From Pirellulaceae bacterium (GTDB lineage: Bacteria > Planctomycetota > Planctomycetia > Pirellulales > Pirellulaceae): DNA of 64,000 bases. The stretch lies in NCBI GenBank assembly GCA_041748315.1, contig JBGTDM010000087.1, forward strand, positions 3,502 through 67,501. The letters are read 5' to 3'. Both the position numbers and the translations under genes were made by a program. The notes below the pieces were generated by a model. That model was given only the letters and a program-made list of their open reading frames with translations. It did not search any database and was not told the DNA's origin. Each line of letters opens with the position of its first letter. The stretch's first letter is position 1. Shown here piece after piece: positions 49,300 through 59,678 of this stretch.

Positions 49300-50012
49300 T
49301 AAAATTTCTCCTGGATACTAAATGCCAACATCGCAAACATTCAAACCACTTGATTAGGTCTTGAATTTCACGGAGTCACGAACCAAATTCGAATGAAATT
49401 CGAAATTGAGGCGAGCCATTCACTGGCCTGTGCGGGTGGAAACTAGAAAACTTGGGGAATCGTGTCAAATCCAATTCATCATGGTTTCAATTCATCAATG
49501 CTGTCCCTTCTGGCGATTTGGCTAAGACAGGGGATTCCGGGGGAGTAAATCGTTTTTTTGGCGTGGAGTTTGACCAAACCGCATCTTTGCATCTCCGTTG
49601 GTGGAATGACTCGATTTCCGGTTGGTCTAAGCCACGACGAAGTTCAAAACGACCCGTTGCAACTGGCTTGCTGCCAAATGATCGGGGCTCATTGATTACC
49701 AAGTAAAGTCGACAAGACCTATGGCCCCAATATCAAACCAGGACCGCCCCGCCGTTTTGTGAATTGATCCAACAAGCGCGACTAGCTATCATGCATACAG
49801 AGTGGTTATTGCGGATCAATTGTCTCTCATGGATTTGACCGGCAGTTAATTATCTTTACCGAGGGTTGGGTTCATTTTAACGCCTGCCGGTATTGGATCC
49901 CCTCGAACCAGTGCTTGATTCTTTCTGACACGGCGATTGGAAGTGCAAATCTGTGCCGACCGATGACGTTCAACTCGTTCGATAAAATTTTACTTTTTAC
50001 TTTTCACGAATA

Positions 50013-51422
50013 ATGATGCATCGTTTTGTGTCGGGTCTCAGTGTTTGGTTTTTGACGCTCTTCATCACCAGCGGGGTGGTATCGCAGAGCAAGGGCGACC
50101 GCGTTTTGGCGACGATGACTTTTGATACCAAGGTTTACGAACGCAAGGTGGACAAGGTCTATGCTGGAACGATTTACACCGTGACGGATGTCAATGGCAA
50201 CTGGGTATTGCTTGCCGGTGTCAGCGGGTGGTTGCCGAGTCAGTATACACTCTCTTTGGAAGCGGCATTGAAACAGATGGGGGAGCGGATTAGCCGACGC
50301 GAAGCGGATGAAGAAGCGTGGGCAACCCGTGGTCTAATCTACCTGGATCGGCACGAGTTCGCAAAAGCCTTTCATGATCTCAATACGGCGTTGAAGCTAA
50401 ATCCCGGCAAAGCTCAAACCTGGAATAATCGAGGGCTGACGTTATGGGGACAACGTAAACATGACCTTGCCATCAGCGACCTGGAAATGGCAATTCGGCT
50501 TGCGCCAAAATTCGCCGACGCTCATAACAATCTTGGGATGATCCACTATGAGCTTGGCGATCCAGTCAAAGCGATCACCTGTTATTCCGAAGCCATAAAG
50601 CATGCTTCGGAAAATCCCTGGTACTATCTGAATCGTGGTAGTGCACAAATGGAGAGCGGTAATCCGTCGGAAGCATTGGCTGACTATAATCGAGCCTTGC
50701 AACGCGATAAGAATATGGCCCTGGCCTATTTGGGGCGAAGCAACGTCTTGATGAGTCGTTTGAATTGGAAGGAAGCCGAAGCGAACGTCAATGAGGCCTT
50801 GAAAATCCAGCCAACACTGGCTGCCGGCTACAATAAACGTGGCTGGATTCGTTACAATCTCGAAAGGCATGACGAGGCGCTTGCCGATCTTGATCAAGCC
50901 TTGAAACTCGATGACCAAATGGTCGAAGCCTATAACAATCGGGGAGTTGTTTACGCCAAGTTGGCCAAGTATGAACAGGCAATCGCCAACTATGACCTGG
51001 CCTTGGAACTGGAGCAAAGCAATGCTCTGGTAATCATGAACCGGGGTAAAGCGAAATTCAGTCTGGGGGAGGTCGCCGATGCTCAAACAGACTTTGAGAA
51101 GGCTTTGGAGTTTTCACCGAAATTTGACGATGCTTTGAATGCCTACGCGTGGTTCCTTGCCACGAACCCGGAACCGGAGTTTCGGAATGGAGAGAAAGCG
51201 ATTGAGTTAGCGCGTCGAGCATGTGAATTGACAGAGTGGTCCAAGTCAGACTTTCTTGATACGCTTGCCGCGGGCTATGCAGCCTCATCAGATTTTGAAA
51301 ACGCCATCAAGTACCAACAAGCTGCCATCAAGCTTGCAAACGAAACTCAGATGACCGTTTTCGTCGATCGTCTCGAGGGGTATCAAAACCAGAAACCCTA
51401 CCACGCCAGTTTTGGCAAGTGA
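50013..51422 (+). CDS. Secreted SH3-like plus tetratricopeptide-repeat protein
   Basis: Signal peptide. An SH3b-like segment (GTIYTVTDVNGNWVLLAGVSGWLPSQY). About 9 TPR units (A..Y.N.G....G....A..D...A..L.P). Confidence 0.75.
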   Translation: MMHRFVSGLSVWFLTLFITSGVVSQSKGDRVLATMTFDTKVYERKVDKVYAGTIYTVTDVNGNWVLLAGVSGWLPSQYTLSLEAALKQMGERISRREADEEAWATRGLIYLDRHEFAKAFHDLNTALKLNPGKAQTWNNRGLTLWGQRKHDLAISDLEMAIRLAPKFADAHNNLGMIHYELGDPVKAITCYSEAIKHASENPWYYLNRGSAQMESGNPSEALADYNRALQRDKNMALAYLGRSNVLMSRLNWKEAEANVNEALKIQPTLAAGYNKRGWIRYNLERHDEALADLDQALKLDDQMVEAYNNRGVVYAKLAKYEQAIANYDLALELEQSNALVIMNRGKAKFSLGEVADAQTDFEKALEFSPKFDDALNAYAWFLATNPEPEFRNGEKAIELARRACELTEWSKSDFLDTLAAGYAASSDFENAIKYQQAAIKLANETQMTVFVDRLEGYQNQKPYHASFGK

Positions 51423-51536
51423 ACAGCGCAACACTCTATTGCAGACATTTGTCTCGCACACGGGATTCCTTACGAGATGTTTTTAGGGTCGTATTCAGTT
51501 TCAAGTTCCCCTACTTTTTATGCGAATTCGACCGCA

Positions 51537-53132
51537 TTAGTATGGCAATCCGGATTCGGTCGTTTCGTCCCACAGTTGCTGCAACATGCGCTTTGGCGAT
51601 CGCCCATACTCACCCCAAACGGAAATGACCTGATCCCCTAAGGTCGAGCGAGGCCCCAACTCATCCATGTAACATGTAAGTTTCATGTAAACAACCTGTT
51701 CATCAGGTCCGTGCGATTCATTCCACCGTTTCACCATATACATCGCAAGTGGCTCTCTGAAATCTGCCAAGAACTGTCCGGTCAGGTTGTGGTGCAGCTT
51801 GCGCCAATAGTGATTGGGAATCGTCGCTCGCGCAAATTTGGGCCGCTCGAAATCGACCGGAGCATTTCGAAAGATATCAACACGTTGACCATTCGCCAAA
51901 TCGGCGTCGTAGACAAACCATGGATTGTATTGAGGTGGGATGTCAAACATCCGGAAATGTTGATCGACATTCAAACTTGCACCGGTCAACACCAAAGGTC
52001 GCGGCATCCATCGCGAGTCGATATTTCCGAGATTCCACCAAAAAAAGAACACGATAAAAATCAGCAAGCAAGCGTTGGTCAACCACTGTGCGCCACGTCT
52101 CCATTCCACACAATGACGAAGGTGGTCGTACCCGGTTACTCGTTTCTTAGGTTTCCTGCGACCATGATTTTTTGTCGGCGCAAAGACTCGATCCAGTATT
52201 CTTGTAACGTTGCGCACCGCTGGCCAATTCCAAAACGAATCAGGCAGCAACGGCAACCAGCCCGCCATGCTAATGTAGGAAAAAAGTCCGATGGCCATCG
52301 TAAGAGCGATCACTCCATGCATCAACCAAAACGAAATGATATTCAGCCAGCGCATTGCATGGGTCCATACTGGCAGAAACAACAACAAGGGGAGGCCGAT
52401 CTCGCCCACGACGGTCGCCCAGGAAACCAGCTTCATCAGATATGGAAAATGCAAAACAAAATTTGCCGTCTCGCGCGTGTAGATACTCAAATGCATGACG
52501 TAGTCGAGCGCTTCACCACGAAACCAGATCTCATTACACTTGGAGAGCCCGGTAAACAGATACATGTAACACAACTGCAGAATGACCCCGGCCGTTGCAA
52601 AACTGGAGACCTGCTTCAGGACAGCGCTGCCCTTGCGTTTCGCATCCCATGACCAATATGCGCCCAATGGCAAAAACATCGACCAGAACAACAACATCTT
52701 CAGCAACATGTCTCCGGACGTATTGAGCAAAGGATTGCGCGCCTGCATCGATGCGACAAGAATCCATAATAGCACGCTGGCAACACGGGTGTAGAATCCC
52801 ACGAGCAGACAGACGGCGACAACGGCTGTCAGGCAGAACAAAAATGCTTGAAACTCAACCGCTCCAGAAAGCTTGTGAAGCGACCAGTAACTAAACGCTT
52901 CGCTGCCGCTCGCTATCACGTAAAAGTCATCGGCCAGAGCTCGAGTAAAATACCCGTCGTCGGTAAACATGGCGCGAAGTAAACTGGACCTCGCACATAA
53001 ATCGATCAGGACCAACACTGAGATTGCCATCCGAAACAAGGCCAGTGATCGGACATCACAACGAAATACCCGCTGCAAGTATCGAGTCAATCCCGAACGT
53101 CGGGGGGCTTGCGATAGGAGTTGATGGTTCAT
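51537..53132 (-). CDS. HTTM-domain (vitamin K-dependent gamma-carboxylase-like) polytopic membrane protein
   Basis: The ATG at 53132 gives MNHQLL; the ORF-track TTG is at 53180. The N-terminal SLALFRMAISVLVLIDL and multiple TM helices are typical of HTTM, followed by a soluble C-terminal domain. Confidence 0.6.
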   Translation of the reverse strand: MNHQLLSQAPRRSGLTRYLQRVFRCDVRSLALFRMAISVLVLIDLCARSSLLRAMFTDDGYFTRALADDFYVIASGSEAFSYWSLHKLSGAVEFQAFLFCLTAVVAVCLLVGFYTRVASVLLWILVASMQARNPLLNTSGDMLLKMLLFWSMFLPLGAYWSWDAKRKGSAVLKQVSSFATAGVILQLCYMYLFTGLSKCNEIWFRGEALDYVMHLSIYTRETANFVLHFPYLMKLVSWATVVGEIGLPLLLFLPVWTHAMRWLNIISFWLMHGVIALTMAIGLFSYISMAGWLPLLPDSFWNWPAVRNVTRILDRVFAPTKNHGRRKPKKRVTGYDHLRHCVEWRRGAQWLTNACLLIFIVFFFWWNLGNIDSRWMPRPLVLTGASLNVDQHFRMFDIPPQYNPWFVYDADLANGQRVDIFRNAPVDFERPKFARATIPNHYWRKLHHNLTGQFLADFREPLAMYMVKRWNESHGPDEQVVYMKLTCYMDELGPRSTLGDQVISVWGEYGRSPKRMLQQLWDETTESGLPY

Positions 53133-53489
53133 CGCAAAATGCCTGGCGAGGGGGTGATCATATTCATGGCACGTCAACAAGTTCGCTCATCTAGTCTGCA
53201 CCTATTCGTTTTCGGCTGGTCGAAAAAGTTTTCCCAATCGAAAAAGTCGCTTCCGCGAGAGTTTGCAGCAGGTCCGCCGACAAAATCGAATTAACCGCGC
53301 ATATGCATCGCTCGTGGTTGTCACCTTGAATTAGAATTCGTAATCTGGAAGTTTAATTGCTCCCTCCGACTCGACGAAGAAGCATCATGCTCGCTCTCTG
53401 CGGTAGAACGTTGATCCGTTTGCTTGTGGATTAGCTTTTATACGACGACATGCTGTGAAATCGACCTGAACTTCGACAGGATTGTGCCG

Positions 53490-54509
53490 TCAGGATCGGA
53501 CCAGTCCAGCAATACAGTCGAGATCAAGTTGTGCAAACTGATTCGCCTTGAAATATTCGATTGCGATTGCACCCATCGCTGCGTTATCTGTGCAGAGTTC
53601 GAGAGGTGCAATGTGTAATCTGAGTTCTCGTGTTGACGCGGCTACATTAAGCTGCTCGCGAAGCAACTGATTGGCAGCCACTCCTCCACCAACGCACAAT
53701 GTCGGCAGGCCGAAGCGATCGACCGCTTGGAACGTTTTGGTGATCAGGCAATCGACAACCGCTTGTTGAAAACTTGCCGCAACATCCGCTTTGAATTGCG
53801 GATGGAGGTCGAGTGTCGAAAAATCAACTTTGCCCGGACCGGCAATCTCGTACCGGACGGCCGTTTTTAGACCGCTAAAGCTGAACTTTAATGTCTCATC
53901 CCGCAAATAACTACGCGGAAACTTGAAGCGCTCGGGGTCACCCGTGAGGGCCAAACGGGATAGTGCTGGACCACCGGGAAACGGCAGGCCAAGCATACTG
54001 CCAACTTTATCGAACGCTTCGCCTGCAGCATCATCAATTGTTCCCCCGAGTAACTCAAAATCAAGCGCGCTTTTGCAGTGGTAAAGATGCGTGTGCCCAC
54101 CGCTTACAATCAAGCCAATGCAAGGAAAAATCTCCTCGCGACTGGAGATTTTGCATGCGTAAATATGAGCGTGCAGGTGATTGATGGCGATGAGTGGTTT
54201 GTTCAGAACAAGGCAAAGTGTTTTCGCTGCCATCAGTCCAACCACCAGCGAACCGGCTAACCCAGGCGTCGTCGCTACGGCGATTGCGTCAAGTTGATCG
54301 AGTGATACGGAAGCTCGCGTCAATGCCTCATGTATGACTGGCAGAATTCGTTCGACGTGAGCGCGAGCTGCAATTTCTGGTACAACGCCCTGAAATTTCT
54401 GATGGAGCTGCTCCTGAGTCGCCACGATACTTGAAAGGATCTCCAAATCCTCAGTTACAATCGCCGCTGCTGTTTCATCACAAGTCGACTCAATTGTCAA
54501 GATTTTCAT
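53490..54509 (-). CDS. tsaD: tRNA N6-adenosine threonylcarbamoyltransferase
   Basis: MKILTIESTCDETAAAIV, HLHAHIYA, SGGHTHLY and GGGVAAN. Confidence 0.9.
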   Translation of the reverse strand: MKILTIESTCDETAAAIVTEDLEILSSIVATQEQLHQKFQGVVPEIAARAHVERILPVIHEALTRASVSLDQLDAIAVATTPGLAGSLVVGLMAAKTLCLVLNKPLIAINHLHAHIYACKISSREEIFPCIGLIVSGGHTHLYHCKSALDFELLGGTIDDAAGEAFDKVGSMLGLPFPGGPALSRLALTGDPERFKFPRSYLRDETLKFSFSGLKTAVRYEIAGPGKVDFSTLDLHPQFKADVAASFQQAVVDCLITKTFQAVDRFGLPTLCVGGGVAANQLLREQLNVAASTRELRLHIAPLELCTDNAAMGAIAIEYFKANQFAQLDLDCIAGLVRS

Positions 54510-54656
54510 ACAATGCGGCTCGGTAAAACACTGGGAATATCAGTTATTTTTACGCGAAACCAAAACTTTGCCAGATGGATGTCTCAAAAATGTTTGTATC
54601 ATCCATTGAAATCCCGTATCATGGGCCGGTAGTGAACATCCACTTGGGGGAATCCG

Positions 54657-55076
54657 ATGAATCTATCAGTAACCGATCAGCAAACGAGACTTGCTTTGTG
54701 GACACCAAGCTGGTACGAATTGGATCAATCTCTGGAAACAGGAGTTACATCACGATTCTGGTTTTTTCAAAGTGCGCCGTGTGACTATCCAGAAGTCGAA
54801 CGATACAATTTTGTGTTTTTTAACCAATTATCCTCTGCATCTAACGTTCAAGTCCGCGAAGCGCGAGTCGTTCAGATGAAGCATGCAAAGTTGGGACCGA
54901 TTCAGAAGATCGACGCCGGAGGCCTGGACTACATATTTTTCCCGGTCGAAGGCAAGGAAGTCATCGTCAACGCTGAAGAAGATCCAGGAACCGTTTATGA
55001 TGCACCGCTGATTATCACCGACTGGTCGATTCAGGTGGAGCTAGCGGATGTTTCAGAACCGATTTGCAACTCATGA
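54657..55076 (+). CDS. Hypothetical protein
   Basis: A 139-aa ORF whose ATG follows GGGGGAA. It is divergent from tsaD. No motif recognised. Confidence 0.45.
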   Translation: MNLSVTDQQTRLALWTPSWYELDQSLETGVTSRFWFFQSAPCDYPEVERYNFVFFNQLSSASNVQVREARVVQMKHAKLGPIQKIDAGGLDYIFFPVEGKEVIVNAEEDPGTVYDAPLIITDWSIQVELADVSEPICNS

Positions 55077-55304
55077 TTTCCCATGAACGGGTGTCAAGCC
55101 AGCCGAGATTGAGCATTGGTTTAGCGGTATTTGTCCAGTTTTGTAGTGATCAACGCAAAATAAGTGGACATCTTGATTGGACAGAGTAAACGCCTTGGAA
55201 ATTCGAACCGTTAAGGTTGCGAGTGGAATCGCATGTTTGGCCCTATGAATCGAAACTTGTTAAAAATCGCGAAGGCCTGTTCCCTATTTTGATTGGGTTC
55301 GCCA

Positions 55305-55607
55305 ATGGCAAAAAAGAAGAAAACGAACAATGATGATCAATGTGAGGAATCGGTCTCGTTTGAGGATGCGGCTGAGCGGCTTGAGCAGATTGTTGATCGG
55401 CTTGAGGAAGGCAATTTGAACTTGGACGAGTCATTAAGCAGTTATGCCGAAGGAATCAAGTTGCTCAAGCGTTGTCACTCCATCTTACAAGAGGCTGAAA
55501 AGCAAGTTGAGCTTTTGACCTCGGTTGACGAAGCTGGACGCACGTTGACAACGCCGTTTGATGCATCGGCGAGCTCGATGGACGATCGCAGTCGTACACG
55601 GTCATAG
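55305..55607 (+). CDS. xseB: Exodeoxyribonuclease VII small subunit
   Basis: SFEDAAERLEQIVDRLEEGNLNLDESLSSYAEGIKLLKRC. ATG at 55305 (the ORF-track TTG is at 55293). Confidence 0.85.
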   Translation: MAKKKKTNNDDQCEESVSFEDAAERLEQIVDRLEEGNLNLDESLSSYAEGIKLLKRCHSILQEAEKQVELLTSVDEAGRTLTTPFDASASSMDDRSRTRS

Positions 55608-55799
55608 ATACGCTCCGCAGATTCAGTATCTAGAACAGATTTCGTGAACAGATTGGATGGCAACCATCGTTTTCAGGCGGAAGTTTGCGGGTTTTCACGG
55701 ACATTGATTCCCTTCTAAGTTAATTCGCGGTAAGATATCCAGTATATAAATAGATATTGATTCTCCCAACACCTGCGAGGCTCCCGGGGTTTGCCATTG

Positions 55800-56690
55800 A
55801 TGTCATCCAAAGCAGAAATCGAATCGAACCCAGTGACCGGTCAGCTTCGCGCGTTGATCAATCAGGCACTCGACCGATACTCGAGGTTTGGCGATGAATG
55901 TCCGAGGCCGTTGGCCGAAGCAATTCGCTATATGCTTTTGGCGCCGGGGAAACGTGTTCGCCCCTTACTTACGTTGCTGGCGGCCAAGGCTTGCGGGGGA
56001 TCCATCGATGACGCGCTCCCGGCTGCCTGTGCAGTCGAAATGATTCACACGTATACGTTAATTCATGATGACTTGCCCGCGATGGATAATGACGATTTTC
56101 GACGCGGGCAACCGACTTGTCACAGAAGATTTGACGAGGCGACAGCGATCTTGGCAGGTGATGCTTTGCAGACCATGGCGTTTGGCCTGATTGCTCGAGA
56201 GGTCAAAGTCGATGCGGCAGCCTGTATTGCGGCGCTTGCTGATGCGGCGGGCCCCAAGAACTTGATTGGTGGTCAAGTTGACGATTTAGCTGGTGGCAAG
56301 GGACCTATTTCATTGGCTCATCTTGAGAGCATCCATCGTCGGAAGACCGCCGCCCTCTTAAAGGTGGCACTTTGCCTGGGAGGAATGACGGCAGGTGCAT
56401 CAAGCGATCAAAGGCAAGCGTTGTGTGTTTTTGGCGAGAATCTCGGTTTGGCTTTCCAAATCGTCGATGATCTGTTGGATTTTTGCGGTGATTCAATCAA
56501 AATGGGAAAACAGTCGGGTAAAGACGAACAAAACGGCACCCTGACCTATCCGGTTCTACTGGGCGAACAGCAGAGCCGACAGCGCGCTCACCAGTTTATT
56601 GACCAAGCGAAATACAACCTGACGATATTTGGACCGGCTGCCGATCCGCTTCGCACCGTCGCTGACTTTGTTATCACACGAAATTTTTGA
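55800..56690 (+). CDS. ispA: Polyprenyl (farnesyl/geranylgeranyl) diphosphate synthase
   Basis: FARM motif IHDDLPAMDNDDFRRG and SARM motif FQIVDDLLD. ATG at 55800. Confidence 0.85.
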   Translation: MSSKAEIESNPVTGQLRALINQALDRYSRFGDECPRPLAEAIRYMLLAPGKRVRPLLTLLAAKACGGSIDDALPAACAVEMIHTYTLIHDDLPAMDNDDFRRGQPTCHRRFDEATAILAGDALQTMAFGLIAREVKVDAAACIAALADAAGPKNLIGGQVDDLAGGKGPISLAHLESIHRRKTAALLKVALCLGGMTAGASSDQRQALCVFGENLGLAFQIVDDLLDFCGDSIKMGKQSGKDEQNGTLTYPVLLGEQQSRQRAHQFIDQAKYNLTIFGPAADPLRTVADFVITRNF

Positions 56691-56693
56691 ACT

Positions 56694-58604
56694 ATGATCG
56701 ATTTGCTATCAACGATTCGTAATCCACTTCAACTGCATGGTCTTTCGTTGAAAGAACTGGAAAAGTTGGGCGAGGAAATTCGCGAAACATTGTATGGACT
56801 GCTGAATTCGAGATCGGCCCACTTTTCGTCAAATCTGGGGGTCGTCGAGTTGACGTTGGCATTGCACAGTGTATTCGATTTCAGTCGAGATCGCCTGATT
56901 TGGGACACGGGTCATCAGATCTATCCGCATAAATTGATCACGGGGCGGTTCGATCAATTTCATACCATTCGTACGCGCGGTGGCTTGATGGGTTACCCCA
57001 ATCCGCACGAAAGCAATTACGATTTATTCATGACTGGACACGCCGGCTGTAGCGTCGCGACCATGGTCGGATTGCATAGTGGCGACGTGTTGAATGGCGA
57101 AAGCGACCGTAAAGCTGTCGCTGTAATTGGCGATGGCGCCATGCCGTCGGGCATTGTATTTGAAGCACTCAATAATGCCGCCGAAATCAACAGCGATTTA
57201 TTGGTCATATTGAACGACAATGAAATGTCGATTTGTCCCAGAGTTGGCGGATTGGCAACTTATTTGGATCGTTTGCGATCGAATCCAATCTATTCCGGAT
57301 TGAAACATGAAGTCGTCAATATCTTGAACAAGGTACCAGTCTTTGGCGACCCGACTGAGCGTTTCCTGCAACAGCTTAAAGAGGGCTTTAAAGCGGGCAT
57401 GCATGGCGGCATGATGTTCGAGGAATTCGGCTTTCGATATTTCGGGCCGATTGATGGCCATGATATTCGAACTCTGAGGAAATACCTTAACATGCTGAAG
57501 GATCAAAAAGGGCCCCAACTTCTACATGTGCTGACACGAAAAGGGCATGGCTTTAAGCCGGCTGCCGAGGATCCTGTTTATTTTCACACACCACCGGCCT
57601 TTGAACGAAAAGGTGATGAAGCGGTTCCCAAATCAACTGGAGGGAATAAGGCCTACACCAATCATGCCAGCGATGCCATTGCCGATCAAATGGCTCACAA
57701 TGATCGAGTCACGGTTATCACGGCTGCGATGTGTCAGGGAAACAAACTGGAACCGATCCGGGATCGGTTTCCAAACCGGTTCTTCGACGTTGGGATTTGT
57801 GAATCGCATGCCGTAGCATTCGCCGCTGGACAAGCGAAGACAGGAATTCGACCGATTGTCGATATCTATAGCACGTTCCTTCAACGCAGCTACGATCAGA
57901 TTTTCCAAGAGGTCTGCCTGCAAAATTTGCCGGTCGTGTTCATGATGGACCGCGCAGGGCTCACGGCAAATGACGGTCCAACACACCACGGAACTTTCGA
58001 TATTGGCTATATGCGTATCATGCCCAACATGGTTGTGATGGCGCCTGGTGATGCCAACGATCTGGGAGCAATGTTGGATTTTGCTTTGCAACATGATTCT
58101 CCAACGGCGATTCGCTATCCCAAGGATACGGCCGCAGAGATCAACCGTCAGTTGCAACCCGTCGAGCTTGGCAAGGCAGAGGTCTTCCAGACGGGGACTC
58201 AAGGCACAATTATTTGCGCCGGAACTCAATTACAGGCTTGCTTGATGGCCGCCGAAGCATTGCATCACGAAGGAATTGATGTCGGTGTGATCAACGCTCG
58301 ATTTATCAAGCCCCTGGATGCCGACACTTTGTGCCGAGCGATTTGTGACTCCGATTTCATTGTGACCGTCGAAGAGGCAATGTTGATGGGTGGCTTCGGC
58401 TCAGCATTGCTGGAAATGGCCAACGACCGCCAACTGCGAACGGACCATATCAAACGTCTGGGAATTGATGACCGATTCGTTGAACATGGTGATCGCGAAG
58501 AACTATTGGCGGATCTAAAAATCGATCAGGCGGGCATCATGGCAACATGTCGTCAATTGGCCATTCGCTTCAGCAGTTTTGAGCAACAACAGCCCAGTTG
58601 TTGA
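56694..58604 (+). CDS. dxs: 1-deoxy-D-xylulose-5-phosphate synthase
   Basis: DTGHQIYPHKLITGR, TPP-binding GDGAMPSGIVFEALNNA and ICESHAV. Confidence 0.95.
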   Translation: MIDLLSTIRNPLQLHGLSLKELEKLGEEIRETLYGLLNSRSAHFSSNLGVVELTLALHSVFDFSRDRLIWDTGHQIYPHKLITGRFDQFHTIRTRGGLMGYPNPHESNYDLFMTGHAGCSVATMVGLHSGDVLNGESDRKAVAVIGDGAMPSGIVFEALNNAAEINSDLLVILNDNEMSICPRVGGLATYLDRLRSNPIYSGLKHEVVNILNKVPVFGDPTERFLQQLKEGFKAGMHGGMMFEEFGFRYFGPIDGHDIRTLRKYLNMLKDQKGPQLLHVLTRKGHGFKPAAEDPVYFHTPPAFERKGDEAVPKSTGGNKAYTNHASDAIADQMAHNDRVTVITAAMCQGNKLEPIRDRFPNRFFDVGICESHAVAFAAGQAKTGIRPIVDIYSTFLQRSYDQIFQEVCLQNLPVVFMMDRAGLTANDGPTHHGTFDIGYMRIMPNMVVMAPGDANDLGAMLDFALQHDSPTAIRYPKDTAAEINRQLQPVELGKAEVFQTGTQGTIICAGTQLQACLMAAEALHHEGIDVGVINARFIKPLDADTLCRAICDSDFIVTVEEAMLMGGFGSALLEMANDRQLRTDHIKRLGIDDRFVEHGDREELLADLKIDQAGIMATCRQLAIRFSSFEQQQPSC

Positions 58605-58751
58605 CGTGTATGTACTGATAATCGTCGTTTTGGTTGTGTTGCTCAACCGCGGCATGATGGCGATCCCATGAATTCGCCTTTATCAAGATTCATGTTGACT
58701 TGAGCCCGAGTTTTCGTCTTCTTCCAGAAATTTACTCGATTTTAGATTGCG

Positions 58752-59645
58752 ATGCTCGAAGAAGCCATTCAACGTGGATATGTGAAAACGGTTGTGCTCG
58801 GCTCGGGAGATCGTCGGCCCCGGATTTTGACCGAAGCGGATCGATTGAGAACTTCGATCGCCAACTTGATCGAAATCGTTGCCGAGGACTTTAGTTATCA
58901 GTTGGACCTGTCGACGGTCTTGGCGGATATGGCGATCGTCTTTGGTGGGGATGGATCGATTTTGAGAGCCGTTCGGCAAATGGGCGAGCGGCAACTGCCC
59001 ATCCTCGGAGTCAATCTGGGAAAACTGGGGTTTCTGGCTGACCTCCAACCTGCAGACGTCGTCCGTTCTTTGCACAAGATGTTGAATGGCCAATTCGAAA
59101 TCATCTCGCACCTGATGATCAGGTGCGAGGTCTATCGAGACGGAGTGCGGATCATCGATCGACGTGGTCTCAATGAGGTTGCGATTCTTAATGGTCCCCC
59201 ATTTGCGATATTGTCCATTGAATTGCAAGTCGATGCGGAGTTTGCCACGGTTTACAATTGTGATGGAATCATTGTGAGCACTCCAATTGGCTCAACCGCT
59301 CATAACCTTTCGGCCGGGGGTCCGATACTGCGTAAAAATCTGCAAGCATTTGTGATATCACCGATCAATCCACACACGTTGACCGTCCGACCGGTCGTCG
59401 ATACAGCGGATCGAATTTATGAGTTGAGGGTGAATAATCCCGGAAAAACGACATCGGTCGTGCTCGATGGGCAATCCTTAGTCACGATTGAATCCGGCGA
59501 TCGGGTGCGAGTTACCAAGGCACGACCCGTTTTCCAGTTGATTCAAATCGAGGGTCATGGGTATTATCGAACGCTTCGCGAGAAGTTGGGATGGGGAGGG
59601 AGCAGCAACTCAAATCATTCGAACATCATCGAACACGACGAATGA
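58752..59645 (+). CDS. nadK: NAD(+) kinase
   Basis: GGDGSILRA, NEVAI and DGIIVSTPIGSTAHNLSAGGPIL. Confidence 0.9.
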   Translation: MLEEAIQRGYVKTVVLGSGDRRPRILTEADRLRTSIANLIEIVAEDFSYQLDLSTVLADMAIVFGGDGSILRAVRQMGERQLPILGVNLGKLGFLADLQPADVVRSLHKMLNGQFEIISHLMIRCEVYRDGVRIIDRRGLNEVAILNGPPFAILSIELQVDAEFATVYNCDGIIVSTPIGSTAHNLSAGGPILRKNLQAFVISPINPHTLTVRPVVDTADRIYELRVNNPGKTTSVVLDGQSLVTIESGDRVRVTKARPVFQLIQIEGHGYYRTLREKLGWGGSSNSNHSNIIEHDE

Positions 59646-59678
59646 CGTCACGAGATGTTTTCAACAGGGAGGTTTAGC

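Noticed and set aside
51711-52652. A 313-aa + strand ORF antisense to the HTTM gene.
   Set aside because: Its composition is R/H/Q/P-rich with no motifs. The opposite strand encodes a coherent polytopic membrane protein with HTTM-like features.
55195-55225. A TTCGAAC-containing segment that looked like a reverse-strand tRNA T-loop.
   Set aside because: The flanking bases do not form a T-stem or an acceptor stem. No cloverleaf could be drawn. I found no convincing tRNA anywhere in the window.
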